Below, piece after piece: positions 42,223 to 53,056 of a stretch of DNA of 64,000 bases (positions are counted from its first letter, which is position 1; every line of letters begins with the position of its first letter). The stretch is taken from contig CAWIGW010000006.1 in assembly GCA_963835865.1 (NCBI GenBank), positions 9,676-73,675 on the forward strand. Direction: 5' to 3'. The notes beneath the pieces are model-generated. The model was not told where the DNA came from, ran no database searches, and was given only the letters and a program-made list of their open reading frames with translations. The DNA is from an uncultured Solirubrobacteraceae bacterium (lineage in GTDB: Bacteria > Actinomycetota > Thermoleophilia > Solirubrobacterales > Solirubrobacteraceae). The position numbers were made by a program, and so were the translations under genes.

Positions 42223-44597
42223 TCAGGAGCCGTTGTTCACGTACGCCTGGTAGGGCGCGGCAGGGCTCGTTCCGCAGGCTCGGGCAGGCCGGCAGCCCGG
42301 TCGGCACGGTGACGCCCGGAACGATCGGCAGGGTCAGGCTGGCCGGCATGCCCGGCCCGAAGGCGATCGACACGTTGGCGGTCGGCTTTTTCCGGCTGGG
42401 TCTGGCTGAACGACCAGACGGGCTGGTTGCCGTTCGGCGCCGAGATCGTGACCCTGATGCGCGAGCCCGCACGGTAGGCGTGGCCCTCGAAGTAGAGCGG
42501 AATCGTGACCGGGACGAATTCGCCCGCCGGCATCGGCTGTATGTCGGAGGCCAGGTAGGTCGGGATCGGTTCGACCGCCGTGGGGGCCTGCTCGAACATG
42601 TTCGTCGAGGTGGTCGCGAGCTTGCGCTCGCTGGCGCGGATCCAGCCGTTCTGGACGAAGGTCTCGTTGCCGTCCGGGCGAACCTCGCTGATCGTCGCCT
42701 GGAGGTCGACGTCGGGCGTGGATGACTTCACCCACAGGTTGACGGACCCTCCGCCGATGGCGGTCGTGTCGGCAGCGAGCGGCGCTGACGACGTAGGAGA
42801 CGGCCGATCCCGCTGGGGGCTGAGCCCAGTTCCATTTCCACTGGGATGCGTTGCCCCACAGGCCGCCCGGGCCGGTGCCGCCCGTGTAGTCGGTCAGCGG
42901 CGTGGCGCCGGCGTCCGAGGTGTAGGAGTCGACTCCTTCGGCGCCGGCTGGCTGTTCATTGAGCGTACCTTCGGCCCCGAGGTACCAGGAGCGAGCGACC
43001 GTGCCGGGTATCGGGAAAGCCGAGAAGGACTTTTCGAACCCGGGGTAGGGATCGCCGGCGGTCGTTTTGCCGGTCGGCGAGGTTCCCGCGCCGTTGTCGA
43101 ACAGCACGCGGATCTCCGGTAGCGCCGTGAAGGCCGCCAGTGCTTCCGTGTACTTCTTCATTTGCCTGGATCGGGTCCAGGCGGCAGCGTGATCTGGTCT
43201 CCCGACGGGAGCCCCAACGCGGCCTGATAGACGAGCGGCGCGACCGTATGCAGGGTCGCGCCGTTGGCGATCGGCGCCTGACGGGCGACGTACAGCTCCA
43301 GGAAGTCATCCAACTGGTTGACCGTGTAGGGATCGAGCGAGTCGCCATGGACGCCGTTGGTGAACGTGAACCACTTGTGTTCGGTGCCCGTGAAGTGCTC
43401 CGCCAGGTCGGCGCAGTGCCCGCCCGTCTGCTCGTCCTCCCACTGGCATGCCATGAAGGTCGGAACGTTGATGTTGTGCACGAACGTGATCGGGTCCAGC
43501 GCGTCGGCCACCGACGGGTTGTAGGTGGCGTTTTCTTTGACTTCGGCGAGCAGGTTCGTCGCCTCTTCGTGCAGATCCTGGTTGGCCGCGCAGGTGGTGT
43601 CGCCTTTCTGGATCTGTTCGTAGGCCCAGTGCTCGCCGCTGGAGGGACCGGCCGGCAGGGCGTCGAACTGGCGCTCTTCGGCCCAGGGCACGGCGAAGCC
43701 GGTGTTGAGGATCCCGCCGGGGTAGAGCGTCGAGGCGGACGCGTCGAGCACCGACAGCGGCGCGATCGCCGCCAGCGCCGGCGGACGGAGCTGGGCGGCG
43801 AACAGCTGGCTGATCCCGCCGTAGGAGATGCCGAACAGCCCGACCTTGTGGTGGAGGACCCAGGGCTGGTGGCCGATCGTCTGGATCACGTCGTAGGCGT
43901 CCAGGTTCTGCAGCGCTTCGAAGTAGTTGAAGGCGCCGCCCGAGCAGCCGCGTGCCGCGCATGTTCACGTCGACCACCGCAAAGCCCATGCTCGTTGGCG
44001 ATTGCGGCCAGGCCGCTTTCCGGGCCGGCGGGGTTGGCGTAGCCGTAGCCGGAGTATTCGATCAGCGTCGGGCACGGCTGCCGTTGTGCTTCGGGGAGGG
44101 GAACGTCGGCGGGTGGACGTCGATCGCCAGCTGGGTGCCGTCGCGGGTCGTCAGGTAGCCGTATCCGCTGCTCGGGATCGACTGTTTGTAGATGCTGCGG
44201 TTCCACGGCTTCGCAGCTTTCGTGTGGACGGTGAGCGGTTCCGATTCTTCGCCTGTTCGAGATCAGCCGGACCCGGTAGCGCTTGCCAGGCGTGACGTTT
44301 CGGAACAGCAGACCTCCGAGCGCGTCAGCCGACTTGGTGGCGACCGTTTCGCCGTTCGAGTTCAGCAGGGACATCTGAGCGCCCGGCGCCAGGCCGGTCA
44401 CGTAGACCTGTTCCGCGCTTCCGTGTGCGCTGAAGGCCGAGGCCTCGCGGCCGTCACGAGACAGAGGGCAAGGATGAAGAGCATCGGACAACGCGCTTGA
44501 GGGCACCAGCCGATCGGCTACGTCCCGCGACCGAGCGGTCGCCCACCAGTGCGTTGCCTACAGCCAGACGGCTCTCGCCGGCGTCGCCCATCCCCAT
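42223..44597 (-). CDS. Secreted CocE/NonD family serine hydrolase (multiple indels)
   Basis: TRDGT.LA, PTLIEYSGY, VNMRGT, GLFGISYGG nucleophile motif, C-terminal HAYRAGSRIRVTI. Confidence 0.82.
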
Positions 44598-44675
44598 TTT
44601 GTCCCCTCCCGTTGATGTCGACACGCACGATCCCTCGGCCCGCCGCTCGACGTCGTCAGGATTCCACAGCGGCCA

Positions 44676-45353
44676 TGGCGTGTCAACCGGCGCTACCGTT
44701 GCCGCCGTGAACAGGGAGAGCACATCGCGTGACGCGCAGTACGCGCGTCTCGGGGTCAACCCGACCGAGGACGATGGAACCCGCCTGCTCGAGCAGCTTC
44801 CCTGGGACGAGAGCTCGAGGCCCCACCGCGAGCCGTCGGCCCGGAGATCACCTACACCGACGCGGGCCGCGCCACCGGGCAGCACCTGATCGACGTCCAC
44901 GACATGCTGCGTCGCGAGCTCGAGGAGCTCCGTTCGATCCTCACCCGGGTTCGCGAGGGCGCGATCACCGCGGGAGATGCGCGCTCGGCGCTCAACACGA
45001 TGGCCCTGCGGCAGAACGACTGGACGTTGGGTGCATTCTGTGCCCGCTACTGCTTCGCCGTAGCCAGCCACCACGGGCTCGAGGACGAAGCGGTTTTCCC
45101 TCACCTCATCAGCTCCGACCCCGGACTCGAGCCCGTGATCCAGCGACTGGGCGACGAGCATCTGATCATCCACGATGCCATCGAGGGGGTCGATGGGGCG
45201 CTTGTGCACCACATCGGCAACCCCGAAGACTTCACGGGCCTGCAGCGCGCAGTGGACCTGTTGACCGACACTCTGCTGTCGCACCTCGCATACGAGGAGC
45301 AGGAGCTGGTCGAGCCCCTGGCCAGGCTTGGCTTCTACGCCAACCAGGTCTGA
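44676..45353 (+). CDS. Hemerythrin-domain protein (frameshifted; start approximate)
   Basis: HLIDVHDMLRREL, HHGLEDEAVFP, EHLIIH, HLAYEE. Confidence 0.78.
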
Positions 45354-46578
45354 CCGGCCTCCCCGAAGGAACCCCGGCGAGGAGAAGTGTCAGACCCAGG
45401 CCCGCGACCATCAGCCCCCACCAGCCCCACGGGCTCCGCCAGTCCGATTGCGCCCCGAAGGACACGCCAACCGCCACTGCCGAGGTCGTCAGGAGCGCCC
45501 GCCAGCTCCAGGTCGAAGCGATCAGTGCCACCGCCAGGCCCGGCCAGAGGTAGAAGGCGACCATCACCGGCTCGAACACGGAGCGGAGGGCCAGCGCCGC
45601 AGCGGTCCACCACAGCAGGTCGCGGAGTGATCTCCGGACTCCACCGCTCGCCGGTGCGAGTCGTGGCGAGCGTGCGGCGGACGACGAGCGCGCACGCGCA
45701 GGCCGACAGGACGGCCAGGACCCTGTCCGGGTCCACCGGCGACCGCTCCGCCCGCAAGGTGCGGGGCCAGCGGGGTCCAGGGAGTCGGGTGATCGACGGT
45801 GGGCCAGTTCGGCTGGCTCGTCACCGCGTGATAGGTGGCGTCCCAGTTGGCCGCGGCCGCGACGGCGAGCAGGACGGCCGGCGGGAGCCCCGGCCCTCCC
45901 CAGAAAGCCGGCGAGCCGCCGCGGTTGGAGCGCCGCCAGCATGATCGGCACCGCCAGCAGCACCAGCGGCTGCACCGCGACCGCCAATCCGGTCAGCCAG
46001 GCCGCCCGGACCAGCCCCCGTCGGAAAGCGCAAGGATCGCGAACAGCACCAGCCCCAGCGCCACGGCGTCCTCGGGGTGGCCCCATTCCACGGCGACGCT
46101 CCAGAGCACAGCGGCGCCCGCGAGTGCCAGGAGGGCGCGCTTGACCCGGTCCACCCCCATCCGCTCCGCCAGCGCGTCGGCCGCGAAGAGAGCCGTCGCT
46201 GAGACGAGCGATCGTGTAGGGCCCCGCCGCCAGCCAGAGGGCGGGCTGGGCGTTGCCCGGCGACTGGTGGGCCAGCGACAGGCCCGACTGCGTCCGTCAC
46301 GAGCACGAGCGGAGCGAGGAGCACGGCCGCGCCGGGGAATGTGATCAGCGCTGTCGGCTGCATGTAGAGCCCGCCCGGTTCCAGCTGCACCAGTCGGTGG
46401 GCGGCGACCATCGTTCCCCACAGATCGTCGGGCAGCGACCAGGCCGCAGTGCCGAGCATCGCCGGCTCGAGGAGCGTCGTTGTTGCCATCCCGACGAGGA
46501 TCAGTCCCAGCGTCGCGAACAGCGGAAACAGCCTTCTGATGCACCAGGGCCCACACGCATTTTGACCTCGCTGATCAT
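45335..46578 (-). CDS. Polytopic membrane protein, possibly GT-C type (multiple indels; ends approximate)
   Basis: Hydrophobic segments in successive frames; WGHPEDAVALGL, QPNWPTVDHPTPW, FEPVMVAFYLWP. Confidence 0.55.
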
Positions 46579-46667
46579 GCCCGGCCCAGTATGAACCGGC
46601 CGCACCGTGCTGCCCTGGGCTGGACAGCAGCACCGCCGGTTCAGGCCACTGCTAGCTTGAGCTTCCA

Positions 46668-47953
46668 GTGCGGATTCTGCTGAGCACCGAGAACTTCGAT
46701 GCCTTCGGCGGGATGGAGACCTATACGCGGACGGTTGCCCACGAGCTCGACCGGCTGGGGCATCAGACGGCCGTCTACTCGCCGCGCCCCGGTGCGATGG
46801 CCGCGCTGGCACGGCGCGAGGGGATGGCGGTGTTCGGTCGCGAGGAGCTTCCCGAGCACTGCGACGCGATCGTCGCCCAGGACGCCGCGACCTGCTTCGA
46901 GCTCGCGGGCCTCCTATCCGGATGCTGTACGCTGTTCGTCGCCCATTCGCGTGACCACGTCCTGCACGAGCCGCCGCAGCTAGCCGACGTCTGCGACGGG
47001 GTGGTGGCGCTGAACGACCGCGTCGGGGAATGGGTCCGCGCTCGGGCCTGGCACCCGCCGGTGACGCGCCTGCGCCAGCCCGTCGAGCTGTCCCGCTATC
47101 GCGAGCCTGGCGCAGCCGGGCCGGCCGCAAGGCGCGTCCTCGTGACGACGCAACTACGTCGGCGGAGCACGTGGGCGACATGCTCGAGGAGGCCTGTTCG
47201 CGAGCCGGATACGACGTGACCTGGATCGGCACGACGACCGAGCCGCATGCGTCCCCCGAGCATGCGATCGGCGCCTCGGACATCGTCATCGGCCTCGGGC
47301 GCAGCGCCATCGAGGCGATGGCGGCCGGCCGTGCCGTCTATGTCTTCGGTGTTCTGGGCGCGGGGGGCTGGGTCACCGCCGGAGTCCTACCCGCGTCTGG
47401 AGGCCGACGGCTTCGCCGGGCTCAGCGAGTCCCCCGCCGCGACCGTGGAGGGGCTGGCCGAGGAGCTCGCGGGTTGGCTGGCCGGCATGGGCGAGGCGAA
47501 CCGCGACCTGGCAAGCGCTCACAGCGCTCGGACACATGCGGTGCGAGCTGGTTCAGCTGATACGGCGGTTGGGGGAATCGCAGACACGCGGGCGCTGAGT
47601 CGGCCGCTGGCACCCGCGGCGGGACCCCTCCGGCCCAGCTCGATGAGCTGGCCCGTCTGATGCGCCTGGAGTGGAGGATGTACGACCAGGCGATGCGCAA
47701 GGCGCTGGAGGCCGATCGTGCCCGGGCGGAACGCGATCGCTACGTGGCCGAGGCGAAGGATGCCGTGGCCCGCGTGCAGGTTCTGGACGGCGAACTCGAC
47801 CGCGCCTTCGCACGGGTCGACGGAGCTCGAGGGCGAGGTCGAGACAGCTCGAGGCGGGTCTCGCCACGCGCCGTTACCGGTGGGCGCAGGCGCTGGCGAT
47901 GCCCCTGGATCGTCTTCGCGCGACGACGCCGGGCACTTCCCCCCCGGCGCTAG
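46668..47953 (+). CDS. GT-B glycosyltransferase-like protein with a coiled-coil tail (multiple indels)
   Basis: MRILL...FGGMETY...L.RLGH, SDIVIGLGRSAIEAMAAGRAV. Confidence 0.72.
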
Positions 47954-49426
47954 GGCGTCGCTGCATCAGCTCGCGCACGACCTCGCGGTCGTCGAAGCGC
48001 TCCACGTCTCCCTGCGTGCTCAGCGCCAGCGTCTTGATCGGGCCACGCCCGATGATCGCCACGACGTCGCCCGGGCGCGGCCAGCGAGAGTGCCCGCGCG
48101 ATCGCGGCGCGGCGCTGGATCACGATCTCCAGTCGGGCCCCCTGTGCCGCTCGGGCGCCGGCCAGGACCCACGCGAGTGAAAGCAGCTGCGGCTCGCCCC
48201 GGATCGACCAGGCGCTCAGCACCAGGTGATCGGCACGGGTGCGGGCGATGCGGCCGCAGGCCTCGCGGGTCATCCGCTCCCCGGTCGGCGCCATCCCGAG
48301 GACGGCGATCAGGCGGCCGGCGTTCTCCTTGGCGATCGTGCCCAGGTGCTCCAGGACACGGTCGATGCTGTCGGGCGAGTGCGCGAAGTCGATGATCACT
48401 TCGAAGGGCTGGCCCGCCTCCACCCGTTCGAGGCGGCCCTCGAGCAGGGGCGTGCCCGAGAGCGCCTGGAGCGTCGGGGCGCGGCTGAGGCCCAGCCCGT
48501 CGGCCAGCGCCAGCACGGCGGCCACGTTGGCCGCGTTGTGGATGCCCGGGCAGCCGCGTCGCGAGGGCGACCGACCGTGGGGGTCCTGAGCTCGATCCGG
48601 CTTGCCTGGCCCGCGACCGGCAGCTGATGATCCGGTAGTCGGCTCCCGGAGAGGCGCCGTAGGTCAGCGTGCGCCCTCCGCGGTCCCTGACATCCTCGTC
48701 AAGACTCCTCCCCACCGGGTCGTCGACGTTCACCACCGCCAGCTCGACCGAACGTCGCCGTTGATGAACAGGCGCCGCTTGGCCTGGGCGTAGGCCTCCA
48801 TCGTCCCGTGCCGCTGGAGGTGGTCGGGGGTCAGGTTCGTGAAGATGGCCGCCTGAGGCAGCAGCTCGACGAAGGACTCGGCCTGGAAGCTCGAGACCTC
48901 CGCGACGATCCAGCCCGAGCGGGCGCCAGAGCTGAAAGCGGGCCGCCCTGGAGCGATTCGACGTTGCCGGCCACGGCGGCGTCGAGCCTGTGTGCCCGTA
49001 GAACGTCCGCGAGCAGGGCGACAGTGGTCGACTTGCCGTTGGTGCCCGTCACCGCCAGCATCGGCGCGCTCGTCAGCCGCCAGCCGAGCTCCATCTCGTC
49101 GAGGACCGGGAGGCCCAGACGGCGCGCCTCGATGAGCAGCGGATGCTCAGGGGCGATGCCGGGACTCTTGACGACCGCCCCGATTCCATCGAGGTCCTGA
49201 TCGTTGTCCAGCGACCCGGAAGCCCTCGCCCAGCGCGCGCGCTCACCTTCGAGCGAACCCCGGGGGAGTCATCCCACAGCGCGACGTCGCTGCCCTCCCG
49301 AACGGCCGCGAGCGCTTCGGCCGCCGCCACGCCTGCTCTGCGCAGGCCAAGAACCAGCCACGGACCGTCGGGAAGCGCCGGCCGCGTCAGCTGCTCAGCG
49401 TCCGTCCCTGTGCTCGCAAATACACT
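47950..49426 (-). CDS. Mur ligase family protein with a MurD-like N-terminus and a MurE-like C-terminus (multiple indels; start uncertain)
   Basis: LVLGLRRAG, VVKSPG, AVTGTNGKSTT, GNV, EVSSFQ, TNLTPDHL.RHGTMEAY..AK, GRLE, IDFAHSPD, RRAAI..AL..A.PGD. Confidence 0.78.
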
Positions 49427-49452
49427 CAGCAGGCGAAACGGATGCAGGGCGC

Positions 49453-50126
49453 TCAGACCACCCGCTCGACGTCGCGTTTGACGGCGCTCTCGAGTCGGTG
49501 CAGACGCCGCAGGCGGGTGGACTTGAGCGTCCGCCCCGTCCAGAGCGTTGCCAGCGCGCAGGCCAGGAAGCAGGCCGCGCCCAGGGCCGTATTCCCGTTG
49601 GCGGCGGCCAGATCGACTATCGAGCCGGTGGAGGGAACGACATAGCCGGCGATGGCCGAGATCCCGAAGAAGATGCACCCCAGAAGGTTCACCGAGGGCT
49701 CCCACCAACCGCCGGCGCCTTTGACCGGCAGCCATCCCCGCCGCTCCGAGGCCCTGTAGGCGATCACTCCCGAGACGAGAAAGCAGACCGAGCCAAGTGC
49801 GTCGGGGCGCCAGACGAGCCGGTCGTATCCGGGACTGGTCAGCGCGTGATGCATGGCCTGATAGGTCGTCACGTTGAAGAACAGCGTCCCGGCGGACTGG
49901 ATGGTCGCTGCGAGCCACGGCGCCACGCCCCTCCTCTGGAGAGCCGCTCCCCGGCGGCCAGCGAGGTCTGCAGCGCACCCCCGATGGTGAACAGGATCGA
50001 GCCGGCGAAGAAGGTGATCGCGTCTGCCCGTTCTCCGACCAGGGAGATGTAGCCGGGGAACGGGCCGACGAGGAAGCAGGTCGATCCGGCGGCGAAGAAC
50101 GCGGCCATCCATCGCTCGCGGCTCAT
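49453..50126 (-). CDS. YrhK-like membrane protein (frameshifted)
   Basis: FFAAGSTCF, FFAGSILFT, WRPDALGSVCFLVSG, NLLGCIFFGISA. Confidence 0.68.
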
Positions 50127-50218
50127 TCCGTGATCTTCCCGCAGTGGCCGGGGGCGGCGTCGTGAGATGATCCGGCGGCAAGGCCATTCCGGCCATCAAC
50201 CACAGGGGAGGAGCAGGT

Positions 50219-51615
50219 ATGGCGCTGCACAAGCAGTCATCCAGTGACGAGGCGGTCCCGGTCAGCATCCAGCCGCAGTTCTGCCGTTCCGGCGAGATGG
50301 GCCACGTCCCGCGACTTCGACATCCCCGAGATGGAGATGGACGCCGACACGGCCTTCCAGGTCGTCCATGACGAGTTGATGCTCGACGGCAACGCCCGTC
50401 TGAACCTCGCAACGTTCGTCAGCACCTGGATGGAGCCCCAGGCCGCCAGGCTGATGGCCGAGGCCGTCGACAAGAACATGATCGACAAGGACGAGTACCC
50501 CCGCACCGCCGAGCTCGAGATGCGCTGCGTCAACATGCTCTCCAGGCTGTGGAACTCGCCCTCGCACGAGCAGGCGACGGGCTGCTCCACGACCGGGTCC
50601 AGCGAGGCATGCATGCTTGCCGGCCTGGCGCTGAAGTGGCTCTGGCGCGACCGCCAGAAAGCCGCCGGCAAGCCCAGCGACAAACCCAACATCGTGATGG
50701 GCTCGAACGTCCAGATCTGCTGGGAGAAGTTCGCCCGCTACTGGGATGTCGAGATGCGCCTGGTGCCGGTCAGCGCCGATGCCACCTACATGACCCCCGA
50801 GGGCGCCGTCGCCGCATGCGATGAGAACACCATCGGAGTCGTGGCGATCCTCGGCTCGACCTATGACGGGGTCTACGAGCCGGTCGCGGAGATCGCCGCC
50901 GCCCTCGACAAGCTCCAGGCCGAGAAGGGCCTCGATATCCCGATGCACGTCGACGGCGCCTCCGGTGGCTTCGTCGCGCCCTTCATCGACACGGGCCTGG
51001 AGTGGGACTTCCGCGTGCCGCGGGTGCAGTCGATCAACACCTCGGGGCACAAGTACGGCCTGGTCTATCCCGGAGTGGGCTGGATCGTCTGGCGCAATCC
51101 CGAGGCGCTGCCCGAGGACCTCGTCTTCCACGTGGACTACCTCGGCGGGGACATGCCGACGTTCGCGCTGAACTTCTCGCGCCCGGGAGCCCAGGTCGTT
51201 GCCCAGTACTACAACTTCCTGCGCCTCGGCCGCGACGGCTACCGGCGCGTTCAGCAGGCCGGGCGAGACATCGCCATGGGCCTGGCTGAGCGGGTCGAGC
51301 AGCTCGGGCCCGTTCGAGCTCGTCTCGCGCGGCGAGGGGCTTCCGCTGTTCGCCTTCAAACTGAAGCCCGAGGTCGACCGGTACACCGTCTATGACGTCT
51401 CGGAGGTGCTGCGCGGCAGCGGCTGGCTGGTTCCCGCCTACCGAATGCCCGAGAACATCCACGACATGGCCGTCCTGCGGGTCGTTGTTCGAAACGGCTT
51501 CAGTTACGACCTCGGACAGCTGCTCCTCGGCGACCTCGCTCGCGCCACCGAGCGCCTCGAGAAGCATGGCGGCACCCCGGTCGAGGAGGAGACGCGGTCG
51601 GGCTTCCACCACTAG
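50219..51615 (+). CDS. gadB: Glutamate decarboxylase (frameshifted)
   Basis: [44 protein letters not shown] (PLP Lys), LNFSRPG, GWLVPAY, ends GFHH. Confidence 0.93.
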
Positions 51616-51788
51616 GCGCCGCCGGGCCGTGAGCCTGGCGGAGAAGCAGACCGGACCCTGGATCCGCGGCGCGCGATGATTACGCGCATGCGGGTCCTTG
51701 CCGTCGACTGGTCGGGTAAGCACAGTGATGGGGTGCCCTTCCGGGGTCGCCCCGCAACGCGAAACCCGCTTGCCCCGGAGCACCCCTG

Positions 51789-52214
51789 ATGGTCGGGGAG
51801 CCTGCTGTTCCGGAGCGCATCCCAAACCTCGAGGTTGTGCGCCGAGTGAACGCGGCATTCAACGCCGGTGACATCGAGGGGACGCTCCGCTTCATTCACC
51901 CGGAGTTCGAAACGACCGTCCCCGCCGACTTCTCGGCCGAGCCCGACACCTATCGGGGTCACGAGGGGATGCGCCGATATTTCGACTCGTTCCACGACGC
52001 GATGAACGAGATCCGCTTCACCCAGACCGAGATGAGGGAGGTTGGTCCGCTCGTCGTCGCCGCCGTCACACTCACCGCCGTTGGGAGGACCACCGGAATT
52101 CCTGTTGAGCAGCGCCTGGCTCAGATCTGGGTGGTCGGCGACGGCAGGGTGCTTGAGGTCCGCAGCTACCCCTCTTTCGATGAAGCCCTCGCGGCGGCCG
52201 GGAGGAACTCCTAG
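51789..52214 (+). CDS. SnoaL/NTF2-like protein
   Basis: NLEVVRR..AAFNAGD...YRGHEG...GRTTGIPV...EALAAAG. Confidence 0.82.
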   Translation: MVGEPAVPERIPNLEVVRRVNAAFNAGDIEGTLRFIHPEFETTVPADFSAEPDTYRGHEGMRRYFDSFHDAMNEIRFTQTEMREVGPLVVAAVTLTAVGRTTGIPVEQRLAQIWVVGDGRVLEVRSYPSFDEALAAAGRNS

Positions 52215-52238
52215 GCCCGCTTGCCTCCCTGCTCCCGG

Positions 52239-52897
52239 CTAGTTGCGCCCGCCGAAGATCCTCAGGAAGAACAGGAAGATGTTGATCACGTCGAGGAAGA
52301 TCCCGGCGGCCAGCGGAACCGCTTCTTCCATGCCGGCACGGCGCATCCGGTTGAAGTCGAGGACCGTGTAGCCGCCGAAGATCGCCAGGCCGGCCACCGA
52401 GTAGATGAGGTTGCTCGCCGGGATCGAGACGAACACCGCGATCAGCCCGAAGACGATCAGGGCCAGCAACGCGAAGAACAGGAAGCGGTAAGCCGCGAGA
52501 GATCTTTGCGGATCGCGTAGCCGACGGTGCCGAGTCCCCCGACGAACAGCGCCGTCGCGGAGGCGGCCTGCCAGACGACATCGGGTTGCGCTTCGGCGTA
52601 GCTGTTGAGCACGCCGCCCATGCCCATGCCGAGGAGCAGCCCGGCGGCGAACAGAAGGGTGATCGAGAGCGCCTCGGAACGCCTCGCGAAGTTGAGCCCG
52701 ATGATGCAGACGAAGCCGCCGATGAAGCAGACGATCGATGCGACCTCCGAGATTTCGCGGCCCAGGTAGGCGCCCAGCGTGAAGAAGACGAGGGTGACAG
52801 CGACGAGGCCCATGACCTGGCCGAAGACGCCCGCGGCGCCGACCGTCGCGACGGAGCCGAACATCTTTTCGTCTCTGTATCCGGCGGTCTGGTTCAA
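52239..52897 (-). CDS. Bax inhibitor-1/YccA family membrane protein (frameshift near 52495)
   Basis: Multiple TM segments; DFNRM...A.GIFLDVINIFLFFLRIFG; SD gaggag before TTG. Confidence 0.85.
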
Positions 52898-53056
52898 CGT
52901 CTGTCTCCTCTTGGGGATCTCTGCGGGCCAACAGGGTACCCCGCGCGAGAAGCCCGATCGGGCGCGCCTACCACGCCGCGGTTGACCCTCCGGCGTTGCA
53001 CTGGACAAATGCACTACTCAAGTAACGGCGGCGAAGGACTCGATGAGGCGGGAGAA

